Positions 1-10,001 of a stretch of DNA of 64,000 nt are shown piece by piece. The position numbers were made by a program, and so were the translations under genes. The stretch is from an uncultured Nitrososphaerales archaeon (GTDB lineage: Archaea > Thermoproteota > Nitrososphaeria > Nitrososphaerales > Nitrososphaeraceae): the NCBI GenBank assembly GCA_963713605.1, contig CAVQMO010000012.1, positions 160,001-224,000 on the forward strand, written 5' to 3'. Every line of letters begins with the position of its first letter. Position 1 is the stretch's first letter. The notes under the pieces were generated by a model, which saw only the letters and a program-made list of their open reading frames with translations, made no database searches and had not been told where the DNA came from.

Positions 1-1
1 A

Positions 2-1015
2 GTTTGGCTCCTGAGAATCATCACATCTATTTTGATACTTATTCTTTCAGTAATGTTTTATATGTTAAGTGGGAGAAATTTGATCGCAAGAAGAATCGAT
101 GGAAATAGTATTAGAAGAATTAAGAACAAAATCCTGTGTGTTATCCTTATTTGCGGTTCAATAAATATTATCTCTAATGGGATAGTAAGTCATAACGCTG
201 CGGCTGAGTTCCTTCCATGGCTGGCGATCTCTGCTGATTGGTTTCATGTTATGGCTGTTTCAATTTGGTTGGGGGGGCTATTCTATATATCATTAATACT
301 TCTTCGTACAATACGTACTAACAGTAGTGATCTAACATACGGGAGAGAATTAGATACAACAGACGAGCAAATAATAGTAAGAAATTCCTTCGCACTAGCA
401 CTAATGCTTCCCTATTTCTCAATGATTGCAGTCGTATGTTTGGGTGTGATTGGTATAAGTGGATTGTATATGGCATGGATTCAACTTCAATCAACTGAAT
501 CTTTATTTGATTCCTTATATGGAAACATTCTCATTCTTAAATTATGTGTGATTGTACCTATGATTGCGTTAGGCGGTTATCATCAGATTAAATTACATCT
601 TGTCATGGTACAGATCGCCCAACGAGGAAATAAATCACGGGAACAATTGAGAGTTTCGTCAAATGTTAATAGAGTAGCTCGATACGATCCATTTACACGA
701 TTTTCCAAAACAATCAAAGTTGAGTCTTTGATTGGAATTTCAGTCCTTACCATATCTTCATTTCTAACAATTACATCTCCTCCGTCTATGGCTCATTCTG
801 GTATTCAAATGCAAATGGAAGGTTCACAATCAGCTAATAATAGCCTTGATGGCAGTAGTAATGAAGATGATAGTGGGATTACACCTAGGTTTACTGATGC
901 ATTCACCATTGCGGCATCGATTTTGGCTTCCATTGTTTTGATCATGAGTCTCCTTTACTATCGAAAGAGTAGGCGAGAATTGAAAATTACACTAGAACTA
1001 CTGAAGCCGCGATAG
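2..1015 (+). CDS. copD: CopD-family copper resistance membrane protein, 5' end outside the window
   Basis: The frame is open from position 2 (VWLLRIITS...). It has CopD-like motifs (SHNAA, DWFHVMAVSIWLGGL, YGNILILK, ESLIG) and lies upstream of a CopC gene. Confidence 0.85.
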   Translation, partial: VWLLRIITSILILILSVMFYMLSGRNLIARRIDGNSIRRIKNKILCVILICGSINIISNGIVSHNAAAEFLPWLAISADWFHVMAVSIWLGGLFYISLILLRTIRTNSSDLTYGRELDTTDEQIIVRNSFALALMLPYFSMIAVVCLGVIGISGLYMAWIQLQSTESLFDSLYGNILILKLCVIVPMIALGGYHQIKLHLVMVQIAQRGNKSREQLRVSSNVNRVARYDPFTRFSKTIKVESLIGISVLTISSFLTITSPPSMAHSGIQMQMEGSQSANNSLDGSSNEDDSGITPRFTDAFTIAASILASIVLIMSLLYYRKSRRELKITLELLKPR

Positions 1016-1401
1016 ACATCGAGGCCGCATTGATGCGTATACTATTGGAGGATTACGAGATCTGCTATAACATCTTTTACATTATTTTTGACCTCTGATT
1101 ATTGAGACAGGTAAATGGTTTTAGATTGTTTCAGCTTGATGAGAACTAATATTCATCAAAACCTTCCTATGCATCATCACAACATTTTTGGCTTTAATAA
1201 GCGCTTAAACATATATTGCAAAGAAATTAGTATACTAACAGTGTAATCTAGAAAATAGGAATCAGCAGTGAGAATTCAAGGGGCAAATAAAAGATCGATT
1301 ATGAATAGAAGCAGTCTTATCTTGTCGAGAGATGTACTATAAGGTTTATGAATGTGGAATGATAACAAATATGTTGAAAGAAAAAGAGGCATTTTGAACG
1401 A

Positions 1402-2214
1402 ATGGCGAAATTTCGATATTATAATAATAATAAGAGGTCAATTTTATCAGTAACCATATTAATTTCTCTTGTTATGATGATGTTAACAATTGGCAATCTG
1501 ATTCCTCAAAATGTTTATTCACACGCAAATCCAATTTCATATACACCTCGGTCTAACTCAATTGTTGGAGAAAATGGAATTCTTCCTGAAAAGGCAGTAA
1601 TTGTATTCTCCGAAAGACCAGAACCAAAAGCAAGCTATATTCATGTAACCAACTCAGATAATGAAAGAGTAGATAAAAATGACTACGAAGTTAACTCTAA
1701 CAATCCTCGAGAATCTTCAATATCTATTGATACTACGAAATTGAAACCAGGCATCTATACAGTGTCTTGGCTCGCTCTATCTAGGGATGATGGTCACATC
1801 ACAAAGGGTTCCTATGTGTTTACTGTACCGAAAGCATCTAACAGTCCAGAAACGGGTGGGAGAGTTATGATGAATAATGATTTTGTAAATAGCACTATTA
1901 TAAACAATGTTAATGTAACATTTAGGATATCTCCATTCTATTCAGGAATAAATAACAATTTTACTGTGTCATTATCTGACTCTGATGGAAAAGCCCCTAC
2001 CAATGTCAAAACTGTTTTCTTGATATTTAGTAACAAACAAGCTGAACTAGGACCAATTTCTGCAGAACTGACAAAGGCTGGTGAAGGTCTGTACAACGGA
2101 TCTGGTGGATATCTTAGTCAACCAGGAGAATGGGAAGTTAAGATGACTGTTCAAAGGAATGAAGCATACGATCTAAACCACAGCTTTACTTTTGACATAA
2201 AAAATCCTCCTTGA
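1402..2214 (+). CDS. copC: Secreted CopC copper-binding domain fused to a C-terminal YtkA/FixH-like Ig domain
   Basis: Signal peptide followed by mature N-terminal His (YS-HANP), FSERPEP, YTVSWLALSRDDGHITKGSYVFTV; C-terminal LSQPGEWEVKMTVQR. Confidence 0.88.
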   Translation: MAKFRYYNNNKRSILSVTILISLVMMMLTIGNLIPQNVYSHANPISYTPRSNSIVGENGILPEKAVIVFSERPEPKASYIHVTNSDNERVDKNDYEVNSNNPRESSISIDTTKLKPGIYTVSWLALSRDDGHITKGSYVFTVPKASNSPETGGRVMMNNDFVNSTIINNVNVTFRISPFYSGINNNFTVSLSDSDGKAPTNVKTVFLIFSNKQAELGPISAELTKAGEGLYNGSGGYLSQPGEWEVKMTVQRNEAYDLNHSFTFDIKNPP

Positions 2215-2317
2215 GAAATAAGTCGACGTCTCTGTAAAATTAAGACTTCTTGAACGAGTATCTGTATTCTACCATGGCTTAGGGAAAGCTAGTTTTGAAT
2301 CTTAAACTATTAAATTA

Positions 2318-2830
2318 CTATAAGGAACTGAGCCTATTTCCAAGCAGCTTGTTACTGCTATGCGTATATACCTTCATCCAATAATTATTAATTAGCTCTA
2401 AGTGTTCAAAGAAAGTAGATAAATATGATGATGATAGGTTAACCGATGAATATCTAAGCTGCTCGTTCAGTTGGTCTTGATTATCATAAACAGACTTGAT
2501 AAACGAGGAAATTGACGATATTAGATAGTCGCTCCATCTATTAAGTGATAAACCAACCGCATCATTTTCGTATTTTTCATGACGAACGTTCTTCTTTTGA
2601 ATCGCACGAGATTCAACTGTATCAATTAGAATTTGTCTTCTTTCTCGTTCATTTATTGACGGTAATAACTTAATATCTTTTTTTGATACTTCTTTACGGT
2701 GAAGATGAAATCTCTCGTCTGAAATCAAATTACATGATGAACAAACAAATTTAACAACTTGATTACATACCTTGCAATAAGAAAAAGGTACTAGATCAGA
2801 TCCGCATCTTACACATAAGGTAGAACTCAT
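2318..2830 (-). CDS. Protein with N-terminal triple-CxxC zinc ribbon and helical C-terminus; paralog of 58879..59271
   Basis: CVRCG...CKVC...CSSC...H motif; clear similarity to the 59 kb ORF at both ends. Confidence 0.75.
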   Translation of the reverse strand: MSSTLCVRCGSDLVPFSYCKVCNQVVKFVCSSCNLISDERFHLHRKEVSKKDIKLLPSINERERRQILIDTVESRAIQKKNVRHEKYENDAVGLSLNRWSDYLISSISSFIKSVYDNQDQLNEQLRYSSVNLSSSYLSTFFEHLELINNYWMKVYTHSSNKLLGNRLSSL

Positions 2831-3143
2831 TTTTTATTAATATTAAATATAATGGCGATGTATCCTTTATACCTTGACTATAGGTTTCATCCTCTGGATT
2901 GATACATTACATGAAAAATGTATTAGTTTATGTCCTTATTTAGATAGATAGAATAAACATTGTATTCACTTTTCAATAGAATTCGGAGGCTAGAAGGACC
3001 TCAGTATTAGAAGGTTGACAAAGATTTCAACTTTTTTTCAAGGATTATTTTCATTATTAGAGACAACTGTAGTGACGATAATGTAAAAAAATGTAAATAA
3101 TTACTTTTCAAGATTGATCGGTGGTTAAATAATAAGAACGATG

Positions 3144-3572
3144 TTACCTAATCTTTGATCTATAATCCTGCGTTGTCGGGGTCCTTCTATCTATAAGAAC
3201 CTTCCAGATGCCCAAACCTACTAAGATAATACCCATCGCAATCGTTGAAACCAATGACGTCGTTCCCAATCCACCAGATACGGCAAGGATACCAACTATA
3301 ATTAGTCCTCCGTTTACAAAGAGCAATATCGGAACTATGCTTGATCGTTCCTTTCTTGCGATTACAAAGGCAATAATTGACATAATCACTGCGCTTCCGC
3401 CAAAGGCAGTGCCCCTTGTTCTCTCATCTAACGGGAGAAATCCTTGCGAATCTTCTGTCGTTTGGCCGGAGTCGGATGAGAAAATTATAGCAACATCAAT
3501 TCCGTACAATGTCAACAGTATCAATGAAACTCCCAGTAGAGCGATTGCAACAGTAATCCTTGTAGTTTTCAT
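3144..3572 (-). CDS. Four-TM membrane protein, unknown function
   Basis: 142-aa ORF with four hydrophobic segments. Confidence 0.7.
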   Translation of the reverse strand: MKTTRITVAIALLGVSLILLTLYGIDVAIIFSSDSGQTTEDSQGFLPLDERTRGTAFGGSAVIMSIIAFVIARKERSSIVPILLFVNGGLIIVGILAVSGGLGTTSLVSTIAMGIILVGLGIWKVLIDRRTPTTQDYRSKIR

Positions 3573-3854
3573 CTATCCACGATTATTTGTAGAAAACTCA
3601 CATATATTAATGATATAGTATAGCAAGAATAGGGTATGAGTTGATTGACTGAAATTAAATCATTTATATGTCTATAGAAGTGAGTTTTTCTGCGGTACCA
3701 CATTCATGCCTTCCTCGGCTTTCTCAACTTTCAACTCACTATCAACAACATAATGCACGATCACAGGATGATTTTTGTAAAAAGAGTACTAGAGGTGGGC
3801 TAATGTAAAATATATGAATTATGAAAAACTAATGGAGGGATTTTTATTAACTGA

Positions 3855-4256
3855 TCACTTTGCTTCACTATTTGTTTCCCATATCCCAAATGTATTATTT
3901 TCTGTATCAAGACACACTGCAAAATAACCCATTCCTTTGACTGGCATCTTTGGTACTACTACTTTTCCTCCTAAACTTTCAACCTTTGAAGCGTACTCAT
4001 CCACTGATCTTACGTCGATATAGTTCGTAATCCCCTGTTGTTGTGGATTTTGTCTTTTCATCAGACCTCCACCGATGGCTTTATTTCCCTTATCATCTGT
4101 GGTGGTTATCGTCCAATATTCCATTCCCTCCGGCATACTCTCGGCTCCAGTCCATTTCTCTATATTCCAGCCAAATAATTCACTATAGAATTTTCTTGAT
4201 TTTTCAACATTGTCAGAGGGAATTTCAAAATGTACTATTGTTGGCATATTTCTCAA
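3855..4256 (-). CDS. VOC/glyoxalase family protein (likely start at MPTIVHFEI)
   Basis: VHFEIP..FYSELFGW, GGGLMKR, YIDVRSVD, GGKVVVPK, DTENNTFGIWE. Confidence 0.92.
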   Translation of the reverse strand: MRNMPTIVHFEIPSDNVEKSRKFYSELFGWNIEKWTGAESMPEGMEYWTITTTDDKGNKAIGGGLMKRQNPQQQGITNYIDVRSVDEYASKVESLGGKVVVPKMPVKGMGYFAVCLDTENNTFGIWETNSEAK

Positions 4257-4538
4257 GTGAAAAAAAGAATCTCGTCCCTAAAATACCGGCTTGGTATACA
4301 AGATATTACACAATTGTCAACGATCTAACTCCTCATCCAAAGCTTTTTCAGGCTTTTGTAGGCAAAGTTATTGTTGGACTGGGGAAATAAGAATATTGAA
4401 GTTCATATAAAATTCAAATCGAGGTAATGCAAGCGCTACGTAAAGCTTATCATCATGAATTATCGTACAACGCCTAATCAACTAAACAACCAATCGACTG
4501 AATTAGGAATAAATTAAGACATTCTTATAAAAACACAT

Positions 4539-5472
4539 GTGGAAAGTATCAATTTTGTCTGCCTTGGTCAAACAGAATTTGTAAAGGAATTAGGAAAAAA
4601 AGGACAATCAAGTGATGTAACGACATATGACAAGAAAAAAGATGACAGAATTATGACATACATAATACCGTCAGGCTATCCCGACAAAATCCAACCATTA
4701 ATTACTGCAGCAAATTTGGCAGAATATTCTATAGTAAACATTAACAAACTAGATAGATATCTAGGAGAACAAATAGTAGCCTTAGATTCTGCTGCAACTA
4801 GATAAAGGGTTTCTTCTTCATTCTTACGAAGTTGATATTGAAATGCTTAAGAGTCTTCTAAAAAACACTGTTGCATCATCATTCAAAGTTGAACAGAACA
4901 TTGAAAGTCTTAAAGAAAGTATCGATTCCTTATCTTCAGTGAAAAGAGATGGGCCACCAATTATTCACATAGATAACATATTTAATGTCAAAGGAGTCGG
5001 TGTGGTTGTATTAGGTATACTTAAACAGGGTGCCATCAAAATACATGATGAACTGATACTATTTCCTCAAAAGAAAAAGGTTACAATCAAAAGTATACAG
5101 ATGCATGATAAAAATGTTGAAGAATCATATAGTCCAGCTAGGGTAGGTCTTGCTCTAACAGGTGTTTCTTTTGACGAGTTAACTAGAGGAGATATTCTAT
5201 CTAATATCAATCATTTTACTTCTACAGATCAGGAATTGATCATGAATTTCAATAAGGTACCATTTTATAAGAATGAGCTTTCAGAAAATCACTCCTATCT
5301 TTTGTCCATAGGTACACGAATCAGGCCTGCAAAGATAGAGAAATTAGAGAACAATAGGCTAAAGATAGTATCTGAGAAGCTGTTTTCATTTAAGGTCGGA
5401 GATACTGCAATTCTGTTAAATCCAGATAGTAAAGGTATACGAATAGTAGGTTCAGGAAGTATATGTGTATGA
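4539..5472 (+). pseudogene. Archaeal SelB-like / EF-Tu domain II-containing factor split by a 1-nt insertion near 4791 (true lesion or assembly error)
   Basis: ELGKKG.SSD, YPDKIQPL, IDNIFNVKGVGVVVLG, KSIQMHD, ARVGLAL. Removing one G from tctgctgcaa joins the two ORFs (DSLQLDKGFLLHSYEVDIEML). Confidence 0.82.
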
Positions 5473-5764
5473 TGAATCTGAGTGTATATCAATCTCCAAG
5501 AATCCAGGTGTTATGTTAAAAACCAAGTAGATTAGATAGCTCAGGGAGTAGTATGAATTTGAATATTTATGTTAAGAGTTCATTCTTGGAGCAGAACGAT
5601 TCAAAATAAGATTTTAATCTGTTAGCATATAGCGTACTAAGATTTTTCATCATGGAATTTAGTTGAGTCATTCCTCAGAATAAATAGAATCATTGAATTA
5701 AACAATAGAAATATGTTCCCCGTCTTGTATATGAGAATGTAAATTTCTCCTATTAACAGTTAAA

Positions 5765-6295
5765 AATCCTGATCTAGATGGTGTTCTTACAAATACAAAA
5801 TATAATGATAAAAGAAAGTATCCAGATGATAAACTGCATAAGCTTATCTCTCATTTCAATTCCCCACATCTATGCAATGAGGATATAGAAAGTACCGATA
5901 TTTTCGGCGATGCATTCAAATATCTCTTAGAACAATTTGCAGATGAAACAAAAAAGTCTGGAGGTAACTTCTTCACACCCAAAGGAGTTGTCAGACTTCT
6001 AGTCAATTTGGTCGAACCAAAAGAGAGTATGAGTATATGTGATCCAACCTGTGGTTCAGGTGGTATGCTTATCGAATCTGTGAAGTTTATTTCGAAGCAC
6101 GGAGGAAATCCAAGAAATCTGGTGTTGAAGGGCCAAGACGTCAACTACGGGACAATTGGTATGTGTAAGATGAATATGGTTCTACACGGTATTGAGGACT
6201 TCAGAATAGAGTATGGGGATGCAATAGTCAATCCCACCGAACTAGTAACGCAGGAATATGTTAGGCATATATTATTTGAGGCCCAGATCTTCTAA
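5765..6295 (+). pseudogene. hsdM: Internal fragment of a type I restriction-modification methyltransferase (HsdM / N-6 DNA methylase)
   Basis: In frame upstream of the listed ORF: NPDLDGVL...DIFGDAFKYLLEQFADETKKSGGNFFTPKGVVRLLV, then DPTCGSGGML and GQD. There is no start for the N-terminal part, and homology ends before the NPP(F/Y) motif. Confidence 0.88.
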
Positions 6296-6532
6296 CGCCT
6301 CATACCCTTGTTTCTTTATTCTCCATAGCCTGAAGTCTGCATCGCTAGGTCTGGGTCGTACTTCCTCGGCGAGGTGCCGAGACTCTAATTCGTTTAAATA
6401 GATTTTAACCTCAGGTTGTGGAAGCCCGCTTTGTGATATTATATTACTTTCGAATATGTCTGTATCAGTGTCATTGTGCGCGGGTTCCGCAAGAATATCT
6501 AGGACATTTTTCAGTCCCCGACTCGTTGACAT
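6272..6532 (-). CDS. Small winged-helix-like protein
   Basis: SGLPQPEVKIYLNELESRHL...WRIKKQGYEAL fits a wHTH pattern. Confidence 0.55.
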   Translation of the reverse strand: MSTSRGLKNVLDILAEPAHNDTDTDIFESNIISQSGLPQPEVKIYLNELESRHLAEEVRPRPSDADFRLWRIKKQGYEALEDLGLK

Positions 6533-6696
6533 AACAGTTATGATCTTTCATTAGTTAAAAGTAATCGGGCGAATTTCATACGAATTCCGAGTTTTTGATT
6601 AATGATTTTCCAGTTTAATGCCAGAACTGCAGGGTCATCCTGAACGGAATCAATCCTTATCTCATATATTCGCTATCGTCTATTCCATCCAGTATT

Positions 6697-6978
6697 TTAA
6701 CACACATTATCAAACTTTTTCAAAGCCGTATGTATTTCTTCAGCAATGTCCTTGTAAACAACCGCCTCTAATATGGCACGATCCATCGCACATTCTTCAC
6801 TAATCTTTATGAATTTCAAAAACTCCTGAGTCAAATCCTGCTTGATATTTGCATACTCGTGCTTTGTTTGATTCATGTTGTCGGGTTCAGCCCGCTCTAC
6901 ATCAACAAGCCTATTAGCGAGTTCGCGTAGCCTTCTTTCCCTCTCTTCGGGGTCTACATAACTACCTGGGGCCGACAT
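6697..6978 (-). CDS. Hypothetical helical protein (likely start MSAPGSY)
   Basis: Charged helical ORF; ATG at 6978. Confidence 0.55.
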   Translation of the reverse strand: MSAPGSYVDPEERERRLRELANRLVDVERAEPDNMNQTKHEYANIKQDLTQEFLKFIKISEECAMDRAILEAVVYKDIAEEIHTALKKFDNVC

Positions 6979-7189
6979 AACTAAATTAATTCCACTGCTA
7001 GAATATTTAGGCTTTCCTTTATCAATGCCAAAACATTTACGACATTTTATCAGCTTAAAGCTGATGTGTATCAGCTTCAATAATTTTTTATTAACTTCAT
7101 AGAAACCCCCTAGAAAAGCCTAAGATTTCATTCAAAAAAATTATCATCGATTCCAAGGGTGACAACTACTCTGACAATCATGTTGACCG

Positions 7190-7222
7190 TAGTAAAGACA
7201 GACAGTTGCCAAGCACCGCATA
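7190..7222 (+). repeat. 33-bp exact copy of cupin coding sequence (identical to 16559..16591)
   Basis: tagtaaagacagacagttgccaagcaccgcata occurs at both positions. Confidence 0.9.
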
Positions 7223-7233
7223 CCCAGAGATGA

Positions 7234-7704
7234 ATGCGTCGCATGGTGGATAGGGCACTAAAGAAACGGTCATCTGCAAAATGGTCATCTGCAAAAATTG
7301 ATATTATTATAAAAGCTAAAGCTACGACTACATGGATAGTTGATATCAACAATGAAATCGTAAGATTTGAAAGCAATAACAAGGGACAAGTCACCGGAAA
7401 ACATTACACAGGGGTTCATTGGGACACAGTAGAGGGAACAATGTTAGCAGATGGAAGCACGACCCTGACGATTAGGTATTTGCATATGACTAAGAACGGT
7501 GAATCTATTACTGGAATCGGAACTGGAACTCGGATGACTCCAAATCAAAGAGGTATCTCAAAAGTTACTGCAGAGGGGACAATGTGGACCTATGCTCCGA
7601 GGTTATCGCATCTCCACGCGGCTAGATGGAGTGTGGAGGGGGAAGTAAATACCATCAAAGAGACTGTTGAGGTAAAAGGTAATTTCACCGTCTCGGGTCT
7701 GTAA
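7234..7704 (+). CDS. Hypothetical beta-rich protein; true start uncertain
   Basis: Open 156-aa frame with a Gly/Thr-rich beta-strand pattern. Confidence 0.6.
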   Translation: MRRMVDRALKKRSSAKWSSAKIDIIIKAKATTTWIVDINNEIVRFESNNKGQVTGKHYTGVHWDTVEGTMLADGSTTLTIRYLHMTKNGESITGIGTGTRMTPNQRGISKVTAEGTMWTYAPRLSHLHAARWSVEGEVNTIKETVEVKGNFTVSGL

Positions 7705-7886
7705 AAACTATCTTAATCCAATATCCACATAATATCGAGTTTGATTATGCAATGAGTAACTCGAAAAGATCTTACATCTAAAGCTTATTGTCGAAAATTG
7801 ACATCCATTTTACCTTTTTCTGTTATTTGATACGATCCACTTGGATAACTTATTATAGCTCAGGACACATCCAATTTTTTACAATA

Positions 7887-8029
7887 ATGGCTGTAATATT
7901 GACTTGTTCAAAATGCGGAATATCAAAGATCCTAGTGAATACCAGAATCTAGGCACTAGAGAATTATGTCCATAATGCGGAATCACGTCTACGTATGATA
8001 GCTCGATGTTCGAGTGGAAATCGGAATAG
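7887..8029 (+). pseudogene. Degenerate zinc-ribbon micro-protein
   Basis: MAVILTCSKCG, a frameshift, then IKDPSEYQNLGTRELCP*CGITSTYDSSMFEWKSE: CxxC...CPxCG with an internal stop. Confidence 0.55.
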
Positions 8030-8147
8030 TTCAGATGGTCTTATATCCATACAAGTTAACAGAAGTGTCTTGGTCATCCTACTCAAAATGGTACTTAATC
8101 GATACGTCATAGGAATTATTATATATAATAAAATTAATGTCCGTCCG

Positions 8148-8399
8148 ATGAAAAGCCCAATTTTAATGGCCATAGGTATCGCAATGGTTGCGTCGGTATT
8201 GGTGACTGGACTTGCATCATCTATCTATGCCCAGTCAAATATGACTGGAGGAAATATGACTGGAGGAAATATGACTATAATTGATACCATAAGTGATGGA
8301 GGTGGCGATGGTGATGACGATGGAAGCAGAGAAGGTGATGAACGTGGAGGGGGCGATGACAATGATGATCAGAACGGGGAGGGCGGAGAAAATAACTAG
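8148..8399 (+). CDS. Secreted micro-protein with three NMT(GG) units and an acidic Gly/Asp tail; paralog of 62259..62582
   Basis: Signal peptide MKSPILMAIG...SIYA-Q; 15-bp repeat at 8238..8276; flanks conserved with the 62 kb copy. Confidence 0.8.
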   Translation: MKSPILMAIGIAMVASVLVTGLASSIYAQSNMTGGNMTGGNMTIIDTISDGGGDGDDDGSREGDERGGGDDNDDQNGEGGENN

Positions 8400-8577
8400 G
8401 GAGCATTTATTTTAATCCTTGATACACAGCATATCTTTTTATTTTGATTATATATGACTTATTTAAGTTGTAGTTTTTTTCTATTTGTTAGGATCCCAAA
8501 AGTCACATAATTGTTATAGCATATCTTACGGATAATGTATTAGTACATCATTATCGTCTATCGAAAAAAAAGTGAAG

Positions 8578-8856
8578 TTATTGTACTGGTATTAGTTCTG
8601 GTTCCTCTTCAGGAACTTCGCCTTGAGAGCCAGCTATTCCTACTGCGTTCTCTTCGCCCTGAACTTGTGAGCCAATGTTTTGACAGTATACGTTCAATGG
8701 CAATTCATCATTACCACATGCATTGGCTTGACTAGTTGCCTGGTTTTTATCATAGTGTTTTTTTCCATCTGCAAATGCGCTGTCTGTTGCAAAAGCTGTA
8801 GCTCCGATGAGCATTACTGCCATTGCTGCTATAACTACCATGTATCTTGCATTCAT
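8578..8856 (-). CDS. Secreted Q/N-rich two-Cys micro-protein (QANACGN family), copy 1
   Basis: Signal peptide ending DSAFA, then NQATSQANACGN...NVYCQNIGSQVQGEENAV. Confidence 0.85.
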   Translation of the reverse strand: MNARYMVVIAAMAVMLIGATAFATDSAFADGKKHYDKNQATSQANACGNDELPLNVYCQNIGSQVQGEENAVGIAGSQGEVPEEEPELIPVQ

Positions 8857-8881
8857 TCGAATGACAATCCGAAAGTCTAAT

Positions 8882-8940
8882 TTATCTGCATTAGGCAAAT
8901 TCAGACGCTCTCATATATCAGATATTTTTTCTATTAGAAC
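8882..8940 (-). promoter_or_regulatory. Conserved upstream element of the QANACGN family, copy 1
   Basis: In gene orientation gttctaatagaaaaaatatctgatatatgagagcgtctgaatttgcctaatgcagataa, ending about 25 nt before the ATG; near-identical at 51265 and similar at 9484. Confidence 0.75.
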
Positions 8941-9171
8941 GGAGAGAAGCTAACGTATATCCCATACTATTGCTAATGGCATTAAGTTTTTCGTATGTAC
9001 TGGGGTGAACCATCATATGTGATCCAATAAATGATATGTGATTCGGAGTTAGTATCAGTTAGTCAAATAACAAAATACAATAATGCATATTTGTTATAGC
9101 ATATCCTCTGAATAATATATATCATAATGTTACTACAAATAACTCAAAAAAAATAAAATGAGTTTGCTAGA

Positions 9172-9456
9172 TTATTTTACAGGTTTTGGTTCTGGTTCGT
9201 TGTTTTGGATCGCTGGGAATGTTTGGTCTGATGCGAGTGATACTATATTCTCTTCGCCGTCAAAGTGTGAATCTTTGTTTTGACAACCGATATTTAGTCC
9301 CAGTTCACCATTCCCACACTCGTTGGCTTGCGAGATAATCTGACTCTTTCCATAGCGTTTTTTTCCGTCTGCAAATGCACTGTCTGTTGCAAATGCTGTT
9401 GCTCCCACTAGAGTCACTGCTATTACCGCTACAATTGCGATATATTTGAAATTCAT
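9172..9456 (-). CDS. Secreted QANACGN-family micro-protein, copy 2 (tandem paralog)
   Basis: SQIISQANECGN...NIGCQN..SHFDGEENIV with the same type of signal peptide. Confidence 0.85.
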   Translation of the reverse strand: MNFKYIAIVAVIAVTLVGATAFATDSAFADGKKRYGKSQIISQANECGNGELGLNIGCQNKDSHFDGEENIVSLASDQTFPAIQNNEPEPKPVK

Positions 9457-9483
9457 TTTCGGATAACAGGACGAAAATTTGGT

Positions 9484-9541
9484 TTATCTGCATTAGGCAA
9501 GTCCAAACACTGGAATAAATCTGATATTTTTTCTATTAAAC
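9484..9541 (-). promoter_or_regulatory. Conserved upstream element of the QANACGN family, copy 2
   Basis: gtttaatagaaaaaatatcagatttat...ttgcctaatgcagataa in gene orientation. Confidence 0.7.
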
Positions 9542-9648
9542 ACACAAAATATTGGTTAGACAGATCAGTAGAAACAATAAAAGGCGCAGGTATCTACGGC
9601 TAGTAATGAAGCTAATACCGAAGCTGTAATATTTTATCCTCCAGAAGA

Positions 9649-9789
9649 GTAATTCTGGTCATTATTGCTATAATCATCATGATATTACTGCTAAAGTTTC
9701 TATTTCAATTGTTCTTTGTAATACCGTTTGGAGTAGATTATTCTGCCGATCTTCTGTACGCTAAAGAGATTCCATTGTCGATGAACTAG
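9649..9789 (+). pseudogene. 5'-truncated copy of the small membrane protein at 61753..61917
   Basis: Reads VILVIIAIIIMILLLKFLFQLFFVIPFGVDYSADLLYAKEIPLSMN*; the MVLGTLVY start is missing. Confidence 0.75.
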
Positions 9790-10001
9790 CTAAACAATAT
9801 TGTGTTTAATGGCGAAATATTTGTGGTAATAGTGTCTTGGACAGCCGCTACTTATAACGACATGATCTCGTGTTATAGGCCCTCTACATGAAAAACAGAG
9901 TCCGCCCTATTTTACATCAATCATTTTTAGTGTGCGATTTATTTTTTCATTTGGATTAATAACCAGGGGAAGAACCAGATCAGTGAGTATCGACTCGGAA
10001 A

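Noticed and set aside
4780..4810. Programmed ribosomal frameshift in the SelB-like gene
   Set aside because: No X-XXY-YYZ slippery heptamer or clear stimulatory structure at the break; a single inserted base explains it.
8578..9456. QANACGN peptides as RiPP or bacteriocin precursors
   Set aside because: They have ordinary Sec-type signal peptides, and no modifying enzymes (radical SAM, YcaO, lanthionine synthetase) or dedicated exporter are present in the window.
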